Source: Lytechinus pictus (Eukaryota). Taken from it: 64,000 nucleotides of DNA. Position numbers and translations under genes: made by a program. Shown one piece after another: positions 11,757-26,400 of the stretch (positions within the stretch are counted from its first letter, which is position 1; each line of letters opens with the position of its first letter). A model generated the notes under the pieces. That model worked only from the letters and a program-made list of their open reading frames with translations, had not been told where the DNA came from and did no database searches. The stretch spans positions 10,046,001 through 10,110,000 of the forward strand of contig NC_087251.1 in assembly GCF_037042905.1 (NCBI RefSeq), in the 5' to 3' direction.

Positions 11757-14324
11757 GATTATCAAAAGAAACTGAATTGACTATAATACAGGATGCTTGA
11801 CACGTATCATGAGATGAACATCATGTACCATCTTTTACACCTTGTTGTTGATTGGTACACACGTTAAGTGAACAAAATATACATATTTTAGAAGACACCA
11901 GATAGAGGACCCCATCCCATGGAGTGTATTGTCTGTCATTTTAATCAACAAGTCTGCTCTAAGCCAATGAAAGGCAAGGATTTCAGTAGCTTATAACAAC
12001 TGCTAGTTTAAAAGAAATCATACAGATAACATTAATCCAAGGTCTTGTTGTAGTATCATACTCCACCAGATAAGTCAGTACTCAACAAGATTATTACTGA
12101 ATATAGATCAATATTCATGAAGTATATTTCTGTAATGCTGCACTTTTTTATCACAATAACAAAACACAAGTGGAATTTATGGTTTTTATAGAATGCATAC
12201 CTCTACGAACAGCTGCATTACATGTTTGGTTCATAATTATACAGCAAGTACTACAGCTCTTGCCACACCCACAGCGATATGGACAACATACCTGCCACCT
12301 CAAACAAGGAAATTCTCAAGAGCCAGTACTGCTCCATTACCAAACTGTTCACCAACATTATATCCTGTTTTTATCTTGTCATCTAATTTGCATCAAGGCA
12401 GATATAGAATATAAACTAACTTTCTGACAGAATGTAAGTGGATAAAGAAAGCTGCTTATGAGTAAGATACCTCAATAGTTTAATCTGCATATTTCCCTTT
12501 CTAAAAATGGCTCAAATAGAGGTGGAGTACAATTTTTTTTAAGACATCACAAGACATAGTCATGGTTAAGTTAAATGTGCATGTAGGTTAGAATTAAATT
12601 CATTGTAAATAAAACAATAGTAAGTCCATCTTTGATTTTTTGAAAATTAGATGATTTTGAGAGAGCATGTTCCCTTTGCTTGTGGATTGATGACTATCAA
12701 ATCCTACACATTCAAGCATTGACTGACAAGTTCTTAAATTATCTCAGTGGTATATATTACTTAAAATAGGGAGCATTTTATCAACATTTTTGCCCAACAA
12801 GTTGTCTGAGGAGCATTCCATCAATATTTGTTGTCTTACAAGTTGTCAGATCTAGCAACTTTCATTGTTTTTGATCGACTGCGAAGCACTGTTACTATGT
12901 GAACTGTCAGATAAATCATAAAACAGGACTTGTCGGAGAAAACATCTGACAAGTCCTTTCATGAAACGCTCCCAAGATGAAAACAACTAAAAAAAACCAC
13001 CAAAACCAATGCAAGTCAAGTAATGGACAAACCTTCCAGACTTTACAGTGAGTACGGAATAAAACAATGTAAATGAAATATTTCAAAGAATCACATCATT
13101 AAGAATATTAATGGAATACACAATGTCCACCTACAAGTATTCAGTGATACATAGAATACTGGAGAGGTCAGATTTGCAAAGTGATATTGGGCCCATAGAA
13201 GAATAAGAACTGAACACAATTCAAACATCAAACGCATGTCCCCAATGAGCACTTCTGAGTGGTTGAAAACCATGTTGCTTGATTGCGACTATTTCTGCAA
13301 CTGCCCAAAAATGGTAATAAGATCAGGTTGATGATGCAGCTTTATCAAATAATTTCATTCATACATTCACATTACATGGGAAATTGTTTTCTTCCAATAG
13401 TTAGAATGTACACAACTCGTCCATATAAATATTTTGAAAAACATTCATGAAGACTGCTGTATGGAAAAAAAATTGTATAAATTACTATATTTGACACAGA
13501 TTTATTCAATTCAACTTCGCACAATACCCTAATAATAAGTAGATTGGCTACTGATATAGAATACCTATAAAGAATTAATACGGTAGTTATATGAAGACAA
13601 AGCCCACCCAATAGTCCAAGGTATTACTGTCTTTTGCTGTCTGCCAGAAGAAAATAATAAAAAAGTAAAAAGAACAATTCGATCAGAAAATGTTGAATAC
13701 CAAATTCCAGTATTGACCTGTGATGAATTTAATGCTGCAGTTATACCAATGAAACCTACTTCAGACCGAGTAATGGTAAGTCACTGGGTATGACATAATA
13801 GCTTTTATCAATCTGAGTCACTGTGATGACTGTGGCATTAAAGGCATATACGAGCTGTTTCCTGGTGACTTCCTACTATGATTGTGCAATGACAAAATAT
13901 GAGATTCTTGACATCTCTTCTTAAAAGTATGCTCTCTCCTGAAGACACTCTCGCATTCCACTTTATGTCCTTGCCTCACATAGCAGAGTCATCATCTCAT
14001 CATTCCTTGTTTCCAGTATCATTCAAAGGAATGTCTGCGACTGATTTGATCATACAGTATAATTAGCTAAGTCTAAAATATTTAGCCGTGTTACAGGGCT
14101 ATTCATGGCTTTTCGTAGAGTCTGGTGTCATCCAATTATAATTCCTTTCCATGGAAACTCAAAGACAATGTTGACTTTAACACAAAGGAATTAGTCCACT
14201 TCCAACAAAAACAGAAATGAGAAGAAAAAAAATCAACAACATGAGATATAAGTGTTTCTGAGATTCAATTGGCCATTCATTTTGATGTATAAAGTCCACT
14301 ACATTTCAGATGTAATACGGAATA

Positions 14325-14417
14325 TCATTTGACAAGTCCATGTTTCTTGGCCTCAACCTCATATATAAGCAATCTCCACATCTTGACCACGAAGACTTCT
14401 GCTTCTTCATCCAACAC
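14325..14417 (-). CDS. RBM25: RBM25 coding exon 18 (last)
   Basis: VLDEEAEVFVVKMWRLLIYEVEAKKHGLVK*. Confidence 0.95.
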   Translation of the reverse strand: MLDEEAEVFVVKMWRLLIYEVEAKKHGLVK

Positions 14418-17400
14418 CTACAAAAAAGAGACAAAGAAAAATAAGGTAATGTAAATGTTATTGTATAGAGAGACTAAATTATGATCAATATAGTCCTGAG
14501 ATCTGTTTAATACGGGTAATACAGTGAAACAAAAAACAAAGATAAATTGGAACAACAATCTTTCATGACAGATTAAAAAGAATTCCTCTCTACTTTCCCA
14601 AGCTATGTCAACATATAAATAGGGGAAGGCGGGGTAAGTTGAGCATAGGGGCAAGTTGAGCCACCGCCCCCAGGCCAATAATGAATGAGTCAGACATTAT
14701 GGTGGTGTCATGTATTGATGACCCATTACATAACCATTAACCCCACCACATTGTTTTCAACTTTGAAACAAAAAGTATATTTTTAGGGGGAAAAATACAA
14801 ATTTCAGCCAAAAAAGTAAAAAAGGGTGTGAAATAGATAAGTGTTTTTTACACACACACTTCTTTACATATAATAAAGCATAAGAACAACATTGTCAGTC
14901 CAGGTATGGATCTTCATTCTTGTCACAGTCTTTTACATGATGGATACATAAGAAATGTGTGGATGCGAAATTATCGCATTAAGTTCGGACTGGGGTAAGT
15001 TGAGCCAGCAAACATGGGGCAAGTTGAGCCATGGTAATTCTTATGGTAATGTAAATAAAAACACAATCAAACCTTAAAAAGCCATCGATATGCAGGCAGA
15101 AAAGAGCAAATTCACATGACAGTTCTTTTACTTTTAGAGCCTGTTGGTATTTTTAGAGAATTAGCAAGTGAAAAGACTTTAAATAAAAAATTGACATGCT
15201 GGTTCTTCCCGCATACATTTTGTACATAGTTTTTGTGGCTCAACTTACCCTCGAAGGTGGCACAACTTACCCCATAGATGGGGCAAGTTGTGCCACTTGA
15301 CAACGTTTTTTTCAAAGGTCACAACGACTTTCAGTGTGGGGGTAGAAAGTTGTATATAGGTGAAAAAGATTTCCCAAGAATCATATTTAAAGGCAAGGTA
15401 CTTATTTCTACAATATTATTAGTCATATCAATTCTATCATGCAAAATGCAAAAAGTGTCACAACTTACCCTGCCTTCCCCTACATTTGTTTGAATAGCTT
15501 TCACTGCTCCATACTTTTGCACAACAAAGTTATGCAGTGTATTTTCCACAACATCTTTGGGTGCATTTGCAGTTGCTACTAAAATACTTATGACAAAACA
15601 GTCAATACTTCAATACCAAGTATTATATTCAGACGAATCCCATCCAATCCAAAAGATATTTCAACAGTGCGTTTTCCTCGTGGTTACAAAGCCTTAACAC
15701 AAGAATCTACAAGTTTGGGCCACACACCATGTTTGGGAACATGATGTCAAGTTTTTGGAACAATCATCAATGAAGATTGTGATACCTACCATGGTAATGT
15801 CATTGAGAATGCTCTCTGCATTGCTGTGTAATAGTAGCTTAGAACAGATGAACTCTGTCAGAGTAGGCTCCTCCTCACCGATGTATTCAACAATCTTCTT
15901 ATTGATCCAAGGTTTGATACGACGATCCATCAAAGACTGCAGAGAGAAGAGATAGAGAGGGTGAGAAAGAAAGAATTATTATATAGATTTCATCATTTCA
16001 TTCTGCAAAGTTGTCGTATTGTCAGTTCAATAATGAAAATAGTTCACAGAATTTTGTCACATGTATGGCCATAACAGGCTTTAACCTTGGCAACATAATA
16101 GGGGAAGGCGGGGTAAGTTGAGCATAGGGGCAAGTTGAGCCACCACCCCCAGGCCAATAATGAATGAGTCAGATATTGTGGTGGTGTCATGCATGGATGA
16201 CCCATTACATAACCCTTAATCCCACCACACTGTTTTCAACTTTAAAACAAAAAGTACCTTTTTAGAAGGAAAAATACAAGTTTCAGCCAAAAAAATTAAA
16301 AAGGGTGTGAAATAGATCAGTGCTTTTTACCCACACACGTCTTTAAATATAATAAAGAAATAAGAACAATATTGTTAGTCCACGTATGGATTCTCATTCT
16401 TGTCAGAGTCTTTTACATGATGGATGCATAAGAAATGTGTGGATGTGAAAATACCGCATTAAGTTCGGACTGGGGTAATTTGTGCCATCAAACATGGGGT
16501 AAGTTGAGCCATGGTAATTCCTATGGTAATATATAATAAAATAAAAAAAACCTTAACAAGCCATTAATATGCAGGCAAAAAGGAGCAAATTCACATGACA
16601 GTTATTTTACTGTTAGAAGATGTTAGAATTTATAGAGAATTAGCAAGTGAAAAGACTTTAAATAAAAATTGACATGCTGGTTCTTCCCGCATACATTTTG
16701 TACATAGTTTTTGTGGCTCAACTTACCCCAGAAGGTGGCACAACTTACCCCACAGATGGGGCAAGTTGAGCCATTTGACATCGTTTTTTTTTTCAAAGGT
16801 TACAATGACTTTCAATGTGGGGGTAGAAAGCTATATATAGGTAAAAAATATTTCCCAAGAATCAAATTTAAAGGCAAGGTACTTTATACTACAATATTAT
16901 TAGTCATATAAATTCTAACATGCAAAAAGTGTCACAACTTACCCCGCCTTCCCCTACCTATCGCATTAAAACAAATTTGGCTTTCATATCTCCACTCCAA
17001 GAGCAAAGTGTGTGTCAAGTCTTATGAGTCAGTATTCTGGGAATACTAAGGAAGTCGTTTCATCGCAAGATTTGCAGTGGACCAACTGCCTGACCATCCT
17101 CCAATAATATACTGATTCACCCTATCTAAACTGGGCTATTTGGGACCAGAATTTACTGGGGGGGGGGGGGGGGGGGATCTCGGCCGCTGATTGCGCGATC
17201 GCCGCAAAAATTTCCACGCGCGTAAAGCCGGATGTAAACTACAAGATTGTATAGAAGTATTTCAAAAAATTAATTGTTTATATTTTATATTAATTATGCA
17301 AATGAGCGTATGAAATTTGCCCTACTTTATAAATTTGGTTTTTGTGCATGTTTTTGCTTTTAACTCAATTTATTTAGCTAGTAGAATGCTAATTTTTGGT

Positions 17401-20400
17401 GGGAGTATCAATAATTACATTTCTAACAAATATCCACAAAAAAATTGCAAAAATATAATTAATTTCTTATGTATTTAATTGCTTTTTAAATTCTTATGTA
17501 TTTCTTTGTTTTTTCAAGCCTTTGTTTTTTATTGTTTTTTCCGATGAACTTTGTCGGGGACCCTTTTGCTATCATCAATAGCATATAATAAATCCATTTA
17601 AACCAACAAAAGTGAAAATAATCATACATTTATGATTTTTGGTTGAAAAACACAATTTGCATTGACTTTGTACACCGAATCACGTTTGTCAGACACTTTC
17701 GGGTCTGACATACACTTACAAAATGTTGCGTAATTTCGGAACTGTGTACCTGGGCGTCACAAATTTGGTCTCAAAAGATGCACAAGACTTGAAAGTAAAC
17801 AGTCAGTGAGCAGCGCGGTCAACAAATTTTGTGCACCGGCGAAGTGACAAAATTTGTCGAGGGGGTGTCAAATTGACCCCCCCCCCCAGATTATTAAGGA
17901 TTAACACCTGCTTCAAACTTTGTTTGGCGGGGACATAATTATGAGAAATGTCATTTTACAAAGCAAATTTACCTCATCTACTATTGCCCAGTCCACCTTG
18001 TACGCAAAGAGTTCTTCTTTGGCTGTAGGAATCTTCTCAATAAGGTTCTTGATGGTCTTTCGCTTCTCTTCTGCTGCATTAGCTATCATTTGTGACTGTC
18101 CCACAGCCATCATCTCTTCCTCTGAGTACTCAATAGGGACCAGCTTGCGTTTCTTCTTCCCTGCAGCATCCGCTGTTTCCTCCTGATTGAATACATCTCC
18201 TACTGTTAACTTCTTGCGCTTGCTGCCAACCTGCGCTGTAACCAAAGGCCTCTGGTGACCCTCTGTATTGGAGTTGGCTTGAGGGGAGTCTTGGGCACCT
18301 GTAAGGTGAGTAATGAGAATGGGATAAAGGAATTATTTCAGACTTAGCTCCACAATATAAATGAACACTGAGATTACCATTCATCATATATAGTCTTTTT
18401 TTTTTCATAATACAAACATTAAAACAAATGCTGTGATACAACTTGAACTCCTAATATAACCCTTCACCTAAAAAAAAGGGGGGGGGGGAGTTGCATCACA
18501 AACAATTACAAATCATGCTCACATTTGTCATATTGAGAACTTGTCATGCAAAAAAAAATACATTTCACAAGAAAATGGAGAATATATTGCAGAGGATATG
18601 TTTAAAATGTTGATTGATTTGCATTAAATCTTGTTAGAACTCACAAACAATTGAAAAGGCAAAGCATTGTCACACATGGCATGCATGTATGAAACTTCAC
18701 AGAAATGTCAAAATTTGTATCTATGTTTTAATACCATTCTGGCATTATTTGGAAGCAAGCCCCCCCCCCAAAAAAAAAAAAAATCATTTTGTTTACAAAT
18801 AATATTTCAATTACATTTTTGAACAAGGAGAAAATGGAAGATGATGCACATATACTTGCATTTTCTTTTGCCAGTTACCATTCTTAATAAATAAATAGCA
18901 CACAAACCAAATAATTATAGTCTCATTGAGCACAATCTAAAATATCTATGACACTTAACAATAACAGAAAAAAAGATAAATTTCATAACACAAAAATATA
19001 GATGAATATAAGAGCTGTATTTAAAGGAAGGTGTTAATGAAATATTTTAAGTACCCAGCTATTAGAAAACGGATGCAAAATCATCTTTAAGGTAATTCCA
19101 GACACGCAAAAACAATGGAATTGGTATTACTACCGTTAGTCTTACTCCAACATAAACAAATTATTCACCACTTTCTCTTACCACCTGAGAGACATATGAA
19201 GGTGGAACTAGGCAGAACACAACATGCAGTGAAAGTAGTACAATTCTGACTTGATTCATAGAATGTGTCAAAATACATTTGGAAAAATCCACAAATTTTC
19301 ATATCTTTATAAATTGACAGAATTACCAAATATCTGATGCATGAAGATTAACATTCCTGCTGTATACAAATCAGAGCATTTCAATATCAATTTTAAAGCA
19401 TGCAAGTTATGATTATCGCAATAAAGAAAACACATGGGTTATGCCAAAACATAGCAGTGAACAATGATTGCCAATTCACTTTGAGCAAATCCTAACTAAA
19501 ATTGTTGCACCGAAATTTGTGAAGTTACACAAACATGCCATGAATGTCTCTATATAAATATTTATAAGCTTATTATGATAGAGGGGGAAAATCCTTTGGC
19601 AAAATATATTTAGGTTCAAACTGTTGTTTGGTTCACAGTACCAACATATTGATGTAGTGTAGGCAGAAGAGCAAAAGCACTTCCATGTTTCTGTCAAGTC
19701 TCTAGCATTTCATTATATCCTAATTTTGATTGACCATATCGACATCATAAAAAGACAAGATCATTATATGACCACAATTTACCTAACATAACATTGCTGG
19801 ACATGTTTATTCCACCTGTTTAATAAAGCACAGCTGAAATAAAACACTACTCCTATGCAATTTACACTATTATAATTAGCTTAGAGTTCAGATTAAATCT
19901 GACAGGGATAACATACACCCAACTTATTCTCTCTTACTTAAAATCAAACGCACAATATAACATAGTAAGACTGAAAAACAATTCAAACATATGTATAAAA
20001 GACACCTCCTATATACTTTACCAGATCGATTCACAATTCACATACCGAATGTTTCTATCTTCTTTCTTTGTTCTTTCCCTCCTCTATTTTGTATTATACC
20101 TTGTTGCCATTTGTGTTATTTTATCTTTGTTTATTTGTACTGTAAGGGGTCATTTTTAATAAGCCATCATTTGTGCTTTTTGTGATCCCCCACTATACTA
20201 ATATGTATTGAACATTGTATTGATTTGTATATATTGTTGCTTCTTATAGTGGAAATAAATTGAATTGAATTGAATTGAAATTAAAATTACCCCGGTACAA
20301 CATTTTATGCACCAAGATCATCAAGTTCTTAATCATTATATTAAGAAAAACAAGAATAAGAAATCTCTTTGAATTGTATTTCATTGTTTGTATAGGACAC

Positions 20401-23400
20401 TAGCATACACTGGCTCCAGTGCAATGGCCTATTCAAACATTTGTTATAATCACCAGTGTTGTACTCCATTGATTGGTTATCTCTATCTAGTCTATGTTGC
20501 GGAAATTCCTCGTCTGAAGACATGGCTTCAACTGTATGGAAAGAATGGTTATCATCAACATCTCTCATTCTCACTATCTAATATCAAAGCCTGCTTTATA
20601 TCCCTCATATGTTGTCTTGTATATCAGGTAAAAGACTACAATGAAAAGTGAGGTTCATAAGGATTATGCCTTACATACAGAAGTCAATTATAAGCAGTTT
20701 TAAGGAACTGTCATAAATATTATAAGGATATCTAATTTATCTTAATACTTCTGATTTTAAGACAACAGGGTGAAAAATTATCTAGGACATGCTGCAAGAT
20801 GTAGCCTCCCTACACGTTCTATACTAAACTCAATTCTTTTCATAACCCTTTCAATAAGCCCTAGTTATACAAAATATTTCAGGCCATGAATGGCAACATA
20901 GACTGCCATTTATCTTACCTAGTTTAATTCGTCCGAATCCTAACTGCTGAGCTTTAGCAGCTGCTGAATCATCTTCTGATGATTGGCTGGAATGATCAGG
21001 GATGGCTTCAAACCCTCCTCCACCATCATCATCATCACTGCTACTAGCTGGAGTATGGGGTCCCTGATTGTTCTACATTTCAAAAGATCAATATTTGACA
21101 ATTATTACTGTGCCATCAAATAATGCATTATAGAGTTAATTTTAAGTTAATTTTGTTAGATCCTGACATTAGATTGCATATGAGAAAACTTCTGGGTAAA
21201 CCTGGTTTCCGTCATGAATTTCGAACCGATAGAATATCATTCTCTGATAATTTCTTAATTGTTAGTGCTGATTGGCTAAGAAGCACCAATCTCCAACTGT
21301 TCAACACTTTCATTAAATAATGGCCTTTCTGTCATTGGAAAGAATGCACAACTTCATGGCAAATGAAATGTATCCAATTCTCGCTACCCCAAATAGGAAC
21401 AAAAATCTCATAATGCGCGAGACGAGATAATTTTCACTCCGTCGGGTCGTCATCACCACTTCCGGTTCAGAGTCATGCTCGCGCGAGGTTCGTGATACTG
21501 AGTTTTCCACCACGCTGAAATCGATGCCAATCAGCGTAATATGTACAGATTATAATACTTTTTATTTAATTTGGTCAGTTTTGATTCTATTTGAATTATG
21601 AATAAAAATAAAAAATATATTTCACGTGAAAATAATTTTTATTCATGTTTTTATTAGGTTATAAAAAATTAAACAAAAAATGAATATCTTAAAATTTTGC
21701 ATTTAGCGACCGGCCTGACATTACGGTCGTATTCGACTAGACGCTAAATATATACAGCATTCATTCCGTTCAATTTTTCGTCGACCACAAAATGGATAAA
21801 AAATCAGTTTCGGAACTTTAAAAAAATCTTAACTGACAGAGGAATACCGTGCAATGGAAAGCGTCGGGCAGAATTTGTGACTTTAGCAGAAAAGGCCGTT
21901 AAACTGTATCGTGAAAGAGAGGGTTGTGATCACGAACTTTCCGAGCGAAAGCTATGTTGTGTTGTTGTGCATGACGGCACTGTTGATCTGAATGGCAAAA
22001 CAGTGCATTGGACTTCCGAACCGGAAGTTGTAATACCGAAAAAGCTATCCCATAATGCAATGCGCGTTACAGGGATTTTCCCGGATCTCGACGAAATCGC
22101 TATTTGGGGTAGCGAGAATTCAATATCCAAATCATTAAAATAAACTACAAAGGAAAGAAATCATGACAGAGTTGATTCATTGAGCACTTTGTCCTAGGCT
22201 TGTGCTGCTCCTGTTTTAGCAGAGATCCTGTTATACAGGTGTTGAGTGTCTCTTGAAACAGCCTTTTCTGCATTACCAATTGCTTTGTATAGGATGAAAT
22301 GTGAGGGCTGGTAATAAAAAGCCACATATGATTTCCTCTGGGTTTCCTGTGGGAAAGACATGGTTCTAACCTATGACAAGGTGCATTAACCCCCTTAGTA
22401 TTTGCTAGAGTATTTTCATACATAGAGCCTGTTACCTTAAACTATGGTAACTTGGTAAACAATCAAAAGTTTGCTTTTTTTGTTGTTGTAGCGACCATAA
22501 TGGCAATTACCATTTTTATAAGTCTTTAAGATATGATAAATATGGCAGAGTGCTGCAAAAGTAAAGGGCTTGTAATTTCTTTATTCTTCAAATATTTTAA
22601 TTATTGAAGAATTAAATAAAAGTTCATATACACTGTATGAAAAACATTTTTAGGCATTAAAGCAGAGAGAATTTCTTTATTTCTCATCTTGTAAGCAGTA
22701 TGAACTTTATCATCAGTGTCATTATCATTCATCACAAATATATCATTGTCTATCTATTTTGTTGCAGGAGTTCAAGAAGCCCATAATCTACATTCATTTT
22801 CAATAAATATTTCTAACCTCTGGTGGCATGGGTGCATCAGCTGGTTCAAATGTTGATTTCAAGGTGGGTGGTTGCTCCTGTTTGATCTGTAGCGCCCTTG
22901 GTGTTAAAAGTTTGTCAAGCTGTGGTTGCTTGTGTTTCTCTCGCTCTATTTCCAACTATAACAGTAAAAATATTTGTGGCACTCATCAACATAAAATTCA
23001 TTGAAGTACATGTATACCTTTAAAGAAGCAAAAGGAATTCCATATATTCTGAAATGTTAAGTACATTTGAACATTTTAAATATTTCTACAACTTTCGAGC
23101 TAGGGTTCAAACACCAATACATTTCCCAAAGTTTCCTCACTTTCAATAGCATAAAAATGTAAATTTTCATGGCTTTTCATCTGAGTTCCGTGCTTACATA
23201 AGGCAAGCCTAGTGCAACTATTTGAAATTATAATCTACACAAATTCAATCAAAATTTCCAAAAGAAATTGATTAACTTTCAGTGACTTTTGCTTATATCT
23301 TTGCTAACATGAACACTTCACCTCCATATAAATGTAAATTGCTTTCCACAAACCTTTTCTATTTCAGCATCTAGATCTTCCCCTCCTTCTTCCATCAGTC

Positions 23401-26400
23401 TTCGTTTGATATCTTCAATTTCCTCTCGTTCCCTTCTCCTATCCCGATTGTCGCTGTCTTCTTCCTTTTCACGTTCTTTCCGCCGTCTCTCTAGGGCACT
23501 ACCCCTGGTAACCACAACAAATTTAAAATATCAAACTTAAAAACTTAAGAAATGGCAATGTAGCCATACCCTAAATTCATTATTCATTTTCCCACAATTA
23601 TAAAAGGATTAGAAATGATATGAGCCTAACTGACCCTTTCAGAGTTTGCAACATGTAAACTCAAAACACACCAACAGAATATGGATATTGCAAACACATA
23701 ACTATGGTCATCCCCCTCCTAGCACTGCACAATAATGACAATAATGACAATAATATTGATATAACATGACATTGAAACTTCAATGACTACATGATGTTGG
23801 GTCAAAGATATACCACCTCCCGCTTTATCAAAAGCGATCAAGGTGTTAGGATGTTTCTGACCAGAAACCTGTCTTGAAATGCTATCAACCAATGAGGTGG
23901 GGTCATAAAGCCAAAATATTTTCTTATTATCTTAATCAAATTACTAGAGTCCACGCAAAAGAGTCATAGAAACGACCCTACCAATTTCCACTCCTAAATC
24001 TATCGCATCTTATTTATGTGTTAGGCTTAGCTGAAGAAAGAGTGGTTGGTATGCATACCTGCCAACCTTTGATAATAAAAAATCAGTATCAAAGTCACGA
24101 GGGCGCCGAGCGGGTCGCGCGCGAGATAGTTTCCCCCTCCCATGGTAGGGACTCTGCATTTTCTGCATGTAAAAGTAGCATTTCCCTACCCTTTTTAAAG
24201 CAAATTTACCCTCTTAACCATACCACAGGATGACCTACATGTAACGTTAGTCTACTTATATGTAATATAATATCATTTATCAATCAAACATTAAAACAAG
24301 GGTCTTTAAGATATCACGTTTGTGACAAAAAAATACACCCAGTTTCATTCAGGTGTGATTTGTTTTCATTGAAATCTATATAGATTTAGGAATAATTTGA
24401 TTTTGAGCATATTTTTGTAAGGCCCTCTATTGTTGGAAAGTTTCTGGAAAGATTCTCTTTTTAATCAGAAAAAAACTAATTTCAAGAATTCAATTGAGTT
24501 TTGGGCCAAGGGATATTTTGTATCATTAATTCAGATTCAAGTTGGCCTAGCCTACTGTATTAAAAACTGAGTGCAAAAAAATCTAACAAGTGATGGAATC
24601 ACTTGAGTGACGCTGTCATCAACTCAACATCGACAAGCTCATTCAAGAAGGCCATTGACAGAGCTTTCTAATCCTCACCCCGCCCTCTCTCACCCGATGC
24701 GTTTATGCCCAGGAGGGCCCTGCATCGTATACATCCAGATCCAGAACATTTATTTATCATTTATAATTATATCAAGTCTATCATATGCATCAAAATAAGC
24801 CAAACATTGTCATCTTATTCATGTTTATATTTCACCACACAGGAGTAGTGACTGAGGACAAGGTTATATCATAACCTTTATTAGATAAGTGCTTGTTGGC
24901 ATAAGAAAGCATATTTTCAGCCATGACAAAAACGGAGCCGAAGTAATACGGCGGAATACGCCCGACCCGCACCCACCACTGCACTTGCGGTGCGCCGATG
25001 AGACTGGGAGGCTGAGGCGCTGCAACTCGGGCGCCGGGAGTTTAGGCAAGCGAAGCAAGTAGATTTGGCGTTCGGCTCCGATGGATCAACTTGACTCGAA
25101 AGTTGATAATTGCCGCTTTCTTTCTCACAAATTTGACAATTATTCGAAAAAATAAAGTACAGATCAATTTAACATTGCGTAGGGATAAACTTGAGTAACT
25201 GCGGCAGAGCCTCCCGATGTGCACGGCGCGGCCGATCGGCCGGGTAAGCAGGCGCCGGTAAGCAGACTCATCAATGATATTACCAACACACTCTAGACAC
25301 CAGGACACGACTCATTCACTAACTCATTCCACAATACAAAATCATCCGGCGAAAAGAGCAAAACCTCGAATAAAAAGTGAAATTATCTTACTAAATCACC
25401 ATATTTCGCGTCAAAAATATCACCATCCTTAATTCTATACATCGTAGTTAGGAAACAAGGGGTCTAAAAAAGTGAATTTTTCACGGTTTTTCCGATGTTC
25501 GTGGATTTTGAAAACGTGTCCTCACTGAAAACTGGCACTTTCGCGAGCCGATGTCAGCCGCCATTTTGTTCCGGAAGTCAACGCTAATATCGGCCGCGCC
25601 GCTGTGGCCGCTGCTCGTAATTTTCACATGCAATTGCAATGGAACTGTGCACTTAGCACTTAGCCGTGCGCCCCAGTTGTTTATGCGTTAGTCGTATGTT
25701 ACAGCCGCTTATGCGTTAGTCGCATCATACAGCCGTTTCAATAATTTCAACACTATATTGATTGACCTAAAAATCGGAATTTTGGTTTAAAAATTCGGAA
25801 TTCGGAATGGAGGCTAAAAAATCGGTATAATTCCGCCAAAATCGGAATGGTTGGCAGGTATGGGTATGTGAACATTGTTGGAATGATGAATAATAGGATA
25901 TCACTGCAGGTGAAAACTAAATACTGTAAACATTTAATATCATGGAGCTTTGCCCCTTCTAAGTCTTTGAAGTATCCATAAGTACATCATCAGTAATGAT
26001 TAATTTTTTACTATAATTTTTCAAATATCAAATACATGTACATGAATCACCATTTTGAAGTTATATTATACCTTTTCAGAATTTACCAACCCTATATCAA
26101 ACTCATAATACTGAATGCCAAGATGTCTGTGAATGACATCTTATATGCAAACATGTACTCACTTTTAAACAAAGAGGTTATCGATTTACTTACTTGTAAT
26201 ATTTGGGGTCATCTCTCTCATCTTCATAGTCTTCAAGGAATTCTTTGAGACGTTTACCTTCTTTATCCATCTCACTCCTTTCAGATTCTTCTTTTTCCAT
26301 CATCTTCTCATGATCTCTCTGTTTCTTGCGTTCTCTCGTTTCCCAATTCCTGAGACGCTGTAATAGAGAATAAAAACACACATATATCATGTATGATGAG

